In this document: in pieces, positions 37,202-50,500 of the stretch
Position numbering within the stretch: the first letter of the stretch is position 1
How the letters are laid out: the number at the start of each line of letters is the position of its first letter
Source: Penicillus capitatus
Lineage: Eukaryota > Plantae > Chlorophyta
Assembly (NCBI GenBank): GCA_965649825.1
Contig: OZ287697.1
Location: forward strand, 1 to 64,000
Direction: 5' to 3'
DNA length: 64,000 nucleotides
Notes under the pieces: generated by a model
The model's database searches: none
What the model saw: only the letters and a program-made list of their open reading frames with translations
What the model was told of the DNA's origin: nothing
Translations under genes and position numbers: made by a program

Positions 37202-39116
37202 TCAGATAGCAATGCTGCTTGTTGGACCCATCATCGGAGTGGACGCGATGGTTCCTGATGTGTCTATATCACCACAGCTCCTGCAGACACATACAGATGT
37301 GCTGAGAGAGGGAGTGGAAGGGAAGGACCTCGTTCTCAGGAGCATTGATGTCTTCGACGGAAGAGATGTTTTGACACCACCACCACTTTCACCATTCTCT
37401 TCTTCGAACGCTTGGAATGTATGCATTCCTACATGATGTGTAATTCGGCCTTCAAAATCACGCAAGGGAACAATTGAACAATCGTTCAACACAGGCTGGC
37501 CTGCACACAGTGCCACAGGAGAGGTAAGACCGATGGATGCATGACCGTCGATGTACCTACCATTTCTCTTGTAGTTCACCAAACGCGCAGAACCTGAACG
37601 GCCTTCCCGAATGGCACGGCGAAGCGTCTTGGAGCCGTGAGATGGCACAGCACTTCCGCCAGGCGGCGCCTGGATCTCGAGTTAAGATCGAGGTCGTCAC
37701 TGTTGAGATGGTTCCTACCTGAAGGAATCTACAGTTTTTCCCAAGAACGTCTTCCGATCGGTACCCAGTCTGTTCTTCAAACGACTTATTCACGAAGACA
37801 AGGTTTTCATCTCCGGCACTCGTGACAACCAAAGAACAAGGGCTGTCTTCCAATAACTTCATAAGCATCTTCACAGAAGCAGCATCCTCTCGAATCGATC
37901 CTCCTGATCAGAAGAACGCGTCGATATCAGATGCATTGAGCACAGTGACTGCTTGCCTAGTTTGTTAATAAACTCCTCTGCGGGCGATTTCGCCTTGGAA
38001 GCTTTAAATGCTGCTGCATTCTGCTTCTTCTTCGATCTCTTTCCACTCTTTTTGGATGACTTAGGCAATGAACTGTGTGCATCTCTCTGTTGGTGTTGTT
38101 CATTGGATCTCCACCAGTCGTGACCATCTGCACGATTCTTAGTCGAAGCAGAATCCATACTGTGTCTTCCAACATTCACAGCATCCAAGCTCTTGCGGCG
38201 ATCTGCGGATTTGTGGAAATGACTCAGATGTGCTGAGTCAAGACTAGAACGTCTGGGTTTCCCGACTCTGTCTGTCGTTTTGCAAAACAATCCAGCCAAT
38301 GCTGCATTTGCTGCAGAGCTGGCTTCCTCTGCCGAATGACGCGCTTCGGATTCTGGATTGGCAAACTTCATTGCACCAGCATGCCATCCATACTTATAGT
38401 GACCCGCCGGAATCTTCTCGACATCGCGTGCGTCACTGGGATAGAAACCACGTGAGGCGATAAAGAGAGAATTGTCCGAGAGCTTCCCCTGCACCATCGG
38501 AATCGATCCAGAGCAATCTGTCCCCGCCAGCACACGGACCTGGAGACGACGGATGCATCACACTCTCCCACACCGTCATATATCGACGTCATCTGGGCTT
38601 ACCGTTGTGGCATCATAGATGCAGAAAGAGAAATGTCCACGGAGTTTTGTGATCATCCCAGTGCCCATCTGAGAATACATCTTGCAAAGCAATTCGGCTT
38701 CCTGGATAAATGGATTGCATACAGTGCACAGCAATGTCATGCGTGATCTCTATGGGTGATAGGTGTGGACTCACGGAGACAGGCATTCTCTCACGGACGG
38801 CTTCGAGTGTGACATTGTGTGGTAAGTGCAGCTCATGTTGTAAATACTTCTTCACCAAATACGCATAGTTCTGGATCTGTCCTGTCAGTGCTCCGATCGT
38901 CGAACTGTCAGAGTCGGCGGCGATTTTGGGCGCTGTGTCGTCACTGGATTCGACAGCGATGCCTCCTCCAGGGAGAGTCAGGATCGCCTTCTTGCCCGAA
39001 CTGGAGTTCACAGACTCCAAAACTCCACGAATAAATTGCTCTTTGGTGCATCGATGCAATTTTTCATCCGCGCCGAACTCCAACGACTTTTCGGGACAGA
39101 CGCATAGAAAAGCCAT
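37202..39116 (-). CDS. Ntn-hydrolase (Wali7/DUF3700, AsnB-N-like) domain fused to a C-terminal LOV domain
   Basis: GALTGQIQNY…MITKLRGHFSFCIYDATTVRVLAGTDCSGSIPM…SLFIAS, then a Ser/Arg/Lys linker, a 53-nt GC-AG intron (37904-37956), and SPCSLVVT…FVNKSFEEQTGY…VLGKNCRFLQ…LVNYKRNG…VLND…ITHHVGMH. Confidence 0.85.
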
Positions 39117-39362
39117 AAGGCTTGAGACAGACAGACAACAGACGGCAAACAAAGACGATCTTCAATTGGAAGTCGATGAGGTCGTGTGTGTATCAGACAA
39201 AGTGAACGTAAACGGCAAGTCGTGAAAGCGGCAATGGGCAGAGCCAGTCGATAACGAATAGGACCCATGCGTGTGTCCTGGTGGTGCCACGCTGTCGTTG
39301 ACTCATCCTGTCTCATGATGACGAGATCGTTTATTCAATTCGATCCAGAATTCTGAAACTGA

Positions 39363-40442
<1,080 letters not shown>

Positions 40443-40904
40443 TGGGTGATGCCATGCAAGTAGACCTCCAAGCGCATCTGTTAGGGGAAAGAGGATACAT
40501 GACGTGAATTAGCTTTCCATTCTGTTGTCTCCAAGAACCATGAGTTTTGTCACTCCACGAATGGAATATTAAAGGGAATTAATTGCCCATTCATTGCTCA
40601 ATGGCAAACTTGAATGTCAATAGACTTCTCGATGGAGAAGAATGAATTTATTCAACTCACGATTCCTAACTGAATGACCATAAAAGCAAGTAAAAGAAGG
40701 CTTCAACCGCGATTCATGAGTAATCTCCGCGAACTGGGAGTATAGGAGGTTTTATTGGGCCAGCCAAATCAGAAAGGGGCACCACCATTGATAGATCATG
40801 CTCATATTTGTTGTTGTTGTTCATCGATTCGTAAACAGGATAGGTAGTGAACACCGATGTTTCGGTGGCAGATGTCAAAGTGCCATGGGAATGCAGTACG
40901 ATCA

Positions 40905-41966
40905 TCACTGATCCAAATTCAATGGAATGCAGACAGACAAAACGGCCAGGAAACACGTGTGCATTACGTGATTCTAGGGAAAACACCACCAACACGTTTT
41001 TTTGCAAACACTTTTAGGGCGGCAAAAAAAGCACAAGAAAGTTCTTACAGGGCTGCCAATTACGAGCAATTTGCGATTCAGCTGACTCTGTAACAGGAGA
41101 AACACTTGAGCGCTTAGAATCTAATGTATGGGCCTCACTTCGAGAACGGTGTCGTCTAGGATTTCTTGCATAAGAACGCGGTCGGCGAGTATGTTAATGA
41201 TGTTGACTTGCAGCATGAACTCGTTCACACCTTCCGGGAAAACTCCACCTAGAGAACCCCAATGCATCTGTCGACAATGCATACATGCGTTTCAACTTTC
41301 AGGTGTAATAGCGATGATAAAAGCCTTGGCCAACTTGAGAATGCCCATAATTTGTGGATTGTTCTCAACAGCGCCTGGGACGGACAACGTGTCCTACAGG
41401 AACAATTTTCGTCTTCCATTTTGAAAGCATGTTTAAAGATGGAGTTGATTGAGTACTACTTACTCGCACACAGTCTGCAAGACGCAAACTGGCACCAGCG
41501 ACTGCTCTCATGACAACGATATCGGGGTCAGATTCACGTTCGGCTGTCTTAATAGCATATTGATTTGGATCTCCTGGCGGGAAACGCATCCCGGCTCCCA
41601 GTTCCTGGCATACAAGCAGTACATAACACACCGAGGTCGTCTGCATGTCCTCTCACATTGGGGTCACTGTTAACAATCAAAATCGAAGTAGCTAACTCGA
41701 CATCGCCATCAAGGATGGCATTGCGCAACTGCGTTGTCGTGCTTTGGTAGACTGTTTTGTAGCGATTTAGTACATCTTCCTGCTTCAAAGTTCTTTCTCC
41801 TCCTACACAAACGGCAATGCACAGTCGCAAAGGGGCTTGGTTGTGAATAAAACGCCAGAAGCAAAGCGTGTTAGTTACCCTTTTCAAAAGAACGGCCATC
41901 TGCATGGACTGTCAATGCAACTAGCGCTAGAGCGACCAAGAAAGAGCGACTCGTCGATGTATACAT
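40905..41966 (-). CDS. Uncharacterised secreted protein (~210 aa, 7 exons)
   Basis: Signal peptide MYTSTSRSFLVALALVALTVHA. Six GT-AG introns give a continuous ORF. One ankyrin-like segment, LRNAILDGDVELATSIL. Confidence 0.6.
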
Positions 41967-43090
41967 CCTTAAACGAGCTGTTCCGACGTGGAGTTTTATT
42001 TGTCCAACGTCTTTCAGTGTACTGGACAGCACCCTTGAGTCTTGAATGGTCGAACAGTGCGTAATGGAAAACAACGACGATTGTCGCAGTTGACGGATGT
42101 GGTTCTTTCTAATGCTCAACGGATTTTATCCAACGTCACAGATAAACGATCCTTAACGTTTCCTTCAAGTGCATGTGTCACTTAATACCGCAGAAACGTA
42201 TGGCGGTTGTTGTGGGATTTGTTGGAAGAACACGATGAGCATGCGACGGTTTTTCAGATCGAGAAGCTCTCGTCGATTTTCTTCAATGGCTCAGGACATC
42301 TACGTGCATTTTGAATCATGAGATTTGACGTGTCTGTCCACTGTCGCAATTAATGGTGCATGAGAAAACGCTGTGACCAACTTCTCTCTCTTCCCGAGAG
42401 CCATGTGTAGCGAGCGACACTTCTTTCACTCTTGCTGACGAATCTGATCAATCAAGAATACGTAGACAAGGTGGGCGACCCGTCTGGGTTGTCGATGGAT
42501 CACTTAGACAGACTGCGTTTTGGGGAGAGCAATATGGTTATTAGGCATCACCTTGCTTACAGTTCACTGTCTGAATCGTCAGAAAACCAACGGAAGAGAG
42601 ATGCCTGCTGCCCCTAATCGGTGCGACAATGTCAGCCGAATGAAACAGAACAAACATAGAGCAGCACTCAATGAGCGTCAAGTAAGCGCGAACAAGCCAG
42701 TAGTTAAGTCAGAAACCGAATGCTGTTTGACCAATGACCTCGGTGACTAGGCTATCGAACTGCAGCCAATGAATGATTTGTCATCCTACTCACCTCCCTC
42801 TTACTTTAAATAACGCGAGTACGCGCTACTGACCGAGTGACCAACAACAGAAGTGTCGCAGCATTTGCGCCCAGACGACGAAGTCAAATGGTCAGTAATC
42901 TCTGCGAAACACACACCCGTAGATGACGCGTTTCTTAGCGAGACTTAGAGTTCAGAGCGAGAGAATTGGAGGCCTTATGCCATTCCAAAGAGGCGAAGAT
43001 TCTTTCCCTTCTGCATGAAAACGACCAAATAAAGTCAGACTTTCGCTTTAACATGAAGGTGTCTGCTACTAGTTGGAAGCGACAGATCAA

Positions 43091-44705
43091 ATGGCGACCT
43101 CCTTTCAGGTGTTAGAGGAGAGAGACGTCGAAATTGAGCGACTCGAGGAAGAGAGTCGAAACCTGAAAGAAGAGTTGAGACATAAACAGAAGGTCCAGAT
43201 TCTGGCGAGATGTCCTCATTGAGGCATTGCTTGCTTCCACCCTACTTCAGGATGTCGACGATGCTCAGAGAAAGATTGACGATCTGCAATTTTCTATCGG
43301 ACAGATGCAGCAAGAGAAAGTGATTTTCCAAGCAGAGACGAAGGCGAAGCTCGAATCGTGCGAATCTGCCATGGGCTCAGAGAGAAACAGAATGTGTATC
43401 GTTCGAAAAGCACATCAATCATGATACGAGTTGTAAGTATAGGCGTGACTTCGTGTTCGAGATGCACGAAGCCGTGCAAGAGGCACATCAGAAGTTTCTG
43501 TCGGATCTCAAACTCCAAAAAGAAAAGCACTCGAAGGAAAAGGAGCAGATGAGGGGCGAGTTGTTAGAGATGTCACACGAACTGGAGGAATTGAAAGCGC
43601 TGAATTTAAAGAAGGAACGAGCAATGGACGATAAAGAGGAACAAGTGCGGCCAACCAGATTTATCCTTTCCTTCACGTCTTGACTGCTTGAATCGTCGGT
43701 GCAGAGGAAAGAACAAGAACAGCAGATTCTGGAATTGAGAGACCAGCTGGAAGGGGCATCGTTGCAAGTGCGTCACGTAACAGAGAACAGCAAAGAAGTA
43801 CAATTCGTTTAACAGTGACTCTTGCTACTATCGATGGCATAGCACAGGAGAACGCCCGGTTGCTTCAGATGGTGACCGAGAAAGACAGTCGACTTCAAGT
43901 TTGGAAGGACCCTTTTGGCGACAGTTCCATTTACACTGGTTCGCAGGATCTCGAAAACGAGATGAAAGGACTAAGGGAAATCGTAAAGGAGCATTCGACG
44001 TTCTGCCAAGAGCAAGACTCGATACAGGATCGAGTACGGGACAAAGAAATGGAACACCGCAAGGAAATTGTCCAGCTAACGATGAAACTGAGACAGCAAG
44101 AGGGACAGTGCATGTCGTTACAGAAGCAACTGATCGTCGTCAGAGAGGAACAGGCAACACTCCAGGTGCTATCTTCTCTTCGAATGAGAGCCATCACGTC
44201 GCTCTTGCAGAAAGAGCATAAAGATCTCGAAGGGGCTTTGGAGAGAACGATGGAACAGAACGAGGATCTAAGAAAGCAATTGGACAAAGCCGCACGTTAC
44301 GTGCAACGCAAGAAGACATCGATGCATTCGGAAATCACAGATCTCCAGAGTCGACTGGTCAAGAAAGAACACCAGGTAACGCCGCCGTGACGATCTAGAC
44401 CTCGACGTGATGTGTTGTCTTTAGAATGAGATATTGAAAGCGGAAGGCAGGAAGGAACAGCATAGACGGCGAGTACTAGAGAGGGAACTGCATACAAGGC
44501 AGAAGAAAGAAGCACGACGGCATCGCAAAACGACGGAATTGAATGAGATGCTGGCTGTTCTGGAGGCAAGAGAATGCACAACTGTCTCTTTCTCTCTCGA
44601 TGCATGTGCTGCTGACAGAGCGAAGCAGACAGCCAGACCTTATCAGGGGAGCAGTTCTCGGTCACTAAACGAAGTCCAATACGAGAGAAGTCGCGTCCAT
44701 CGTGA
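43091..44705 (+). CDS. Long coiled-coil protein, family not identified
   Basis: E/K/Q/L-rich heptads across multiple exons. The predicted last intron is GC-AG (44566-44618). Confidence 0.7.
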
Positions 44706-44755
44706 TCCCGAAGAAATAGATTGCTTTCATTCTCGACATCTTTGGCGTTGAGAAG

Positions 44756-46084
44756 ATGACCTCTGTTGCGAGAAACACCATGTCTGCTCGATACCAAGTC
44801 ACTTGGTCTTCCCACGCAAGATCTCCAACGCGCTCGCCGAGTTTTTCGACGCCGTTTGTCTCTCGCATTCGCCAAGCGGCGAGTAGTCATTCCAGGATCA
44901 CTAAATCGCTGTCGAAGAGAGACCCTCGTGATCGCGCATCTGTTCGCGCATCGCTACGATCAGAAACTGAAATCATCAGCGCGCCATTGACATCAGGTTT
45001 CCTTTCCGTTTCAGTTCACTGAGTCTTGACCTGTCCGATGTTCTTCAGAATCCCCCAAGCAGGGAGATGCTCCATGCGGAAATGGCCTCGTTTCGAAGAG
45101 CGATCTTCTTTCATTGGAGAATGAGCTTTCACAGGGAGAGTCCATCAAAGCGCTTGCCAAATTCAACAATGCTCTTCGTCAACTCGATACATCGAACTGG
45201 GGTACACATCGGAACACAGAAGCCGAGATCTCAGTCAAACTGTGCGCCCTATAGAAGCAAAGCTCAAGCCTGTCTTCAAAGAATGGTGTTTCAATTTGGA
45301 ATCCTTCAATCCTGCATTTGCTGCCGTTCTTCTCCAGGCATTGCCAGCGAGATCATAAAGATCACATCAGATCATGTATGTTGTGTTTAGGTTCAACTGA
45401 GTATTGGCAAGAGTGATTACTATCGTCGAGATGACTGCTTGAGGTGTCTTATACAGCCATTGGCCGGAGAATATGGAATGCACAATAATGAACCTCAAGG
45501 TAAGCAAGGAAGTTAAGTGGGATGTTCTGAGTGTTCTCTCAGGGAAGACACATCGACAACTGTTCAAGGAATTCTTCGAATCGCTCTTTCCCGATTCTTC
45601 TCTAGACGTGCTGCTGGATTCAGAGCCTCTTCATGGAAAGACGCTTTTCGAGAAAATGATCCATGATATCCAATCTCATGGTACTTTCCTGTTGTCCTTG
45701 TGCTCTGAAGAAAGGTTTCGCACAGGCAATGATCCGATTGAGAGAGCGAGCTATGCGTTGGGATACAACCTGGCTATCGAGTATTTGGCAGATTATGAGA
45801 AGCGATGGATGCTACAATCCTTTCGACAGCTTTCGTCTGGGGCGATTCAAAGAGACATCGCGTGGCTCTTTCTAGAAATCCACGCTGAAGGCAGGATCAT
45901 TCTATGAGCGCCCGTCATACACATCTTTGACTGTTTAGATGAGAAAGAGCATGCGGCGATTGGACACGAAGCCGTTCTCAGCTTCGTCCCCTCGTCACAT
46001 CTAGCATTGCTGCAGAAGGCAATGCAGGACCATGATCGAGACTTTGCTGTTTTCTACAATCACCTTGCCTCGATGCTGAAGTAA
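44756..46084 (+). CDS. Plastid-targeted heme-oxygenase-like diiron enzyme (CADD/PqqC/TenA-like superfamily)
   Basis: Ser/Arg/Thr-rich N-terminus; LAGEYG…KTHRQLFKEF, ALGYNLAIEYL and FLEIHAEDEKEH (H-x3-E-x2-H). Two GC-AG introns (45338-45390, 45891-45938) are needed to keep the frame. Confidence 0.72.
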
Positions 46085-46366
46085 AGGCGAAAAGAGAGTA
46101 TGTTTAATGAATGGATGCACGCATGCCATCTGAGTGGATGCCTAGACAGGGACTTTCCAACAGATACAAATGGGAGATCAGGTTGTTGTACTTAAAGAAC
46201 AGCGTCCGGCTTAAGAACAAACAATAACTGTCAGGCAAGAGAATCAGACTTCGATGCTCCAGAGTAATCGTCGTGATAGGCAGCGTGACAGCGAGAAAAG
46301 TATTCTTGTCTGCAGCGATGATGGCTTTCTTAGCAGAAATGAGATCTTTTGAATCCACGAAATTTC

Positions 46367-47562
46367 TCATCTCAAAATAGACTTGTCGAAATCATCAGGT
46401 ATCAGCTCGGATATCCATTGTTTCAACTTATGTATGTGCTCTGCTCCGGCATGTGCACCTCTCAGGTCATAAAGAGTGCACAACGTTCGAATGAGGGGTT
46501 CCTAGATAACAAAGATATCGCTCGATTTGGGATCACGGCGATTATTTGTGGACCTACCTGTATGTGCTTGAACGGCTTAGCGTTAAGATTGCTTTGCACA
46601 GTATGGATTGCTGCTTGGTTGTTGCACCGGAGCAGTTCACAGATGCTCTTGTTATTCGCAGCCACTGCATGGATGTCCGAATCACTCGAGACCTTGTCAA
46701 AGTGGCTAATGGCCCCTGCAGTGATGCATTTATCGTCTGTATGACGACACATCTGAAAACAATCGCTAACCATTGTAGTCTGCCTCGGAATAGGAACAGA
46801 GTCCAGCAATCGTACTGGACAGATCTGGATTCGTCAGTTTCTTCCTTGTTTCCCTTGCATGCTCGATATCCCCAAGCATCAACATAATACAGCAGACAGC
46901 GAACCATGCCTACAATGACATCATCCGATTTCTTTCGTTTGGAAAGATTTCGATATACCCTTTGGTTTTCGGCATCCATGGTCAGCAGTTCATTCAACCA
47001 CTTGAGTGTTTCTATGTAGTCCTTCATCTGACTGTAAATATTGACCACACACCAGATCACTATCTCACGTTTTCTTTTATCCTTTCCCACAGTCTCGTAT
47101 AAAAGAGACAGGCGATCCATTGCCATTCTTGGATTGTCCATGAAGAATGGAAGCAATGCATGGAGCAAACGAACCCCGAACGAGCAGGCTGAACACATAT
47201 ACTTGCATCTGTGCTTCTACTTCCTTCGATAGCTTACTTGAAATCGAAGCCTCCAGTTTTTCGAACTCCTCTGCTGCTTTCTTGTACTTGCCCATTTTGA
47301 AAGTAGCCAACGTCAGATAGGTCTTCTTTGCGACATGGTCGTCAAGACCACCGTGCAGAATCTCGTCTTTCGCCTCCAGTATGGCATTCCAGCAACCCTA
47401 GACGACGACGGCGTCTTCGTTGACAGTGATTCGGGCACTCTGTCGCTTTACACGAAGAGCAAGGGCCTGTAGTCCTGGCAAATCGAAGCGAACGTCTGTC
47501 GTGGGTCGCAACAGAACGGCCGACCATTCTTCTTCAAAATGAACTTTTTGTAGAGGATGCAT
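46367..47562 (-). CDS. TRAPPC12: Trafficking protein particle complex subunit 12 (TPR protein)
   Basis: GLQALALRGCWNAILE, FGVRLLHALLP…MDRLSLL, AANNKSIC, TLCTLYDL…DDFD. Confidence 0.8.
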
Positions 47563-47586
47563 GCGTCGTCTGTCTCTGACCGTCGA

Positions 47587-50500
47587 TTACACATGAGGTA
47601 TACTCTCGTGTACGTCATCATGTTGCCCGAGTTCTTTCATCACATTGAAATAGGGAGCGAATTCGGGCACAGATGAAAAGTCCTTGTAGATCTCCTCCCA
47701 CAAGTGAGAACGTTTCAATTGAAAACTGACGACGACAGGCATGTGCTGTAGCAACAGTGCCAAAGCCAGTGACCACGTGTCACATCTGTGCGCAAGACAT
47801 GGTGTGAATGGGGAAGCGCAAGAGCTAAATGGATGTACCTGGCGTGCTGACAGATTTCAAGGAGTAGTTCTGCATCGCTGTGCAACTGTTCCGACGACAG
47901 CTGTATGTGCACTGTCATCATTGCCGAATGGATACTGTCTTTTGTCACGGTTTCCTTCAACACATCTTTGTCTGTGCAATAACCCTAGAAACAGCGACAG
48001 TTAAGTATCCCCAGAGCGTTTTCATTAACAGCATACCATTAATGCTGGCAGGCCACCGCCCAGTGACGAGACAGACTGTGCAAGTGCCAGCAATGGCTGT
48101 AGTTGGCTAAACTCTAGCAGACACCATACATGTTCGCGCACGACCTGGACAGAATCGATCTCGAGCAGTTAAGAGTGGGTGGGCACAGCACCTTTGCCGC
48201 TTCCAGACTGGCTCCAGACAACACAGGCTGCTGATGATCTGGAGAGCTTTCTTGCCCTTTGTCATCCGATCCTCCCCACATCCATGAAAACCATGACGAT
48301 AAGCTCCCCTCTGTTGTAGCAGCTGGCGAAGTATTTGTGACGGTTCCTTTCAAAAAGATACGATCGAAATCGGATTGTGTCACGGCATAGCGCAAGAGTT
48401 CTGCCACCAACGCATACTCTCCACCTGACAGAGCGACTTGAAGCACTTGCAGTGCCAGTGCTCTCGCCAGAACACTCCCTTCCATCTTATCAATCACGAC
48501 CAACAGACAAGCAGCCGAATGTGACGCCCCTAAACAAAGAGCATCCGGATAATCAATATACATCATGCAAGAAGTACCAACCTTGATTCAGTAGAGTATC
48601 CAGCACTTCACTGGGACGACCAACAACGTCAAACAGCAATGGCCACAGCTGAGCATCCGTCTTCCTGGCAACACTCACGACCACGTCTGGATACTGAGAG
48701 AAGTCTTTGACAAGTGCTGTTGCCAAAGACAGGAGAGATCTGTCTGGTTTTGAAGAGCCCTAAGCATAGAGCGCACCATTGCAATGAAAGTAAGTCGATC
48801 GATTGCGCAATTACTGTGGAAGGATGATGTCTCTTGTCTTTCTTTGATGACTCTGTTGCTGCCTGAAACTCCAATGCAGTAAAGAGGAGCCATTCCAGAG
48901 ATTTTGAGAAATGCAGTCCGACCTTCTGGTGCTTTCTCGCCAACAGTTTCGCCTCCTTCATGACAAACATCTGTGAAAACTACGACTTCGCATGGTGCAT
49001 CACCTGCACAGCTCCTCTTTGAAGCAATCGACGAAGCAGGCATGGCAACACAGGTTGTGTGTCTGGCATTGGAGAGAAGCATGGAAGCGACAATGAAGGC
49101 GATGCTGATGGATCTGAATTGCATGCTGGTGGACGAACGAGGCGTTGTGAGACTCCAATGATGGCTGCATCTGCCAAAGAGATGCCGATTGGGTACACCT
49201 GCGAAGAACAAAACCTTGATCACAAGATCCTTTCTTGTCTTCCACATTCGTAGCACGCACCTCCCGATCAAATTCCAGTTCAGGATCTAACTGTCCTGTG
49301 ATGGCGTGGCCCGTGGACGGAATGCGTCTTGGCGATAAAGGTTCTGACAAAGATGAAGGAAACCAGAGTTCCATGCCACGCACACCGTATGCCCACCATG
49401 GCATTTCAACCATGTTGACTGCCTGTCGATTGCGTCCAGCACACGGCAGTTCTGAATGTCCCATCGAAAGCGATGGAAGAATATAAGAAACGGCCGTGGT
49501 TGAATTAGCTGGAACTTTTGTGGCATCGCTCAGCCAGAAGCATTCCACCTCGCTTGCCAAGAACTGTTCAACGCCTTTCTCCATGTCCAATAGTGTCATG
49601 ACACCGCCCCAACGCAACACGACACACTGGTCTGGAACCTTGAAACCCATCCAGAAACAGCATATGAGTTGGCAGAAGAAGAACATGTCACGACTGAAAT
49701 GCACCTCACCTTTGAAGAATCGTCAGATGTCTTCGTGAGCGATACATTGAAGAGGGGACGTTGCAAACTCAGAATCGACAGTTCTCGCAGAGGAAGCAAG
49801 GTTGCTGTGGCCCTTGTTGATTTGGTAAGTTCTCCTTCGATCTGACATTCGTAGAGAGCGATATCCAGTGGCTCTGAGGCAACTAAGACGTAGCGGTCTA
49901 AACAGTCCAATGCCACTGGAGTGTGCTGCAACTTGTGGCGGAGCAAAAGTGATGCAAAGTCCAGATGATAGTGAGGGAAAAGGAGCAAGTGGGATTTTCC
50001 ATCTTCTGCGTTCGAGCAAACGACGATGATCTTGCAAAGCCAGTTGATAAGGGACGCAGAAATAGACTTCTCCTGGCTCACATCTCCAAAGAGCTTCCAT
50101 TTCTGTGTTCGTCGACTGTAAACGGCCAACCCATGTCGACCTGCCATGGCAATATCGGAACCGTCTGACGAAACGGCGGCCACTCTGAAAGGCCAGTTTT
50201 CAGAAATGTATTCCTGAGGTGCTTGTATGTGCCGGACAGTCAGTTGACTCTCCGAGAACCGGGAATCCAGGAGACCAGCATCGACACCATTCTCTCCATC
50301 CTTCCCTCTCTGAAACTCTGAGATAAGAAGCAGGCGATCGTCTCCTTGGAGAACGTGCACTTCTTCCAATGCTGCCTCAGATGGCTCCCCTTGTTTTTCA
50401 GATGGATGAGAAACTCGGTGGCGTCCGGACAAGGAACGCACAAATCTCAATTCCCAAAACTCTTTTGCATGGCCTGTCTGGCCGACCCACAATCGATATC

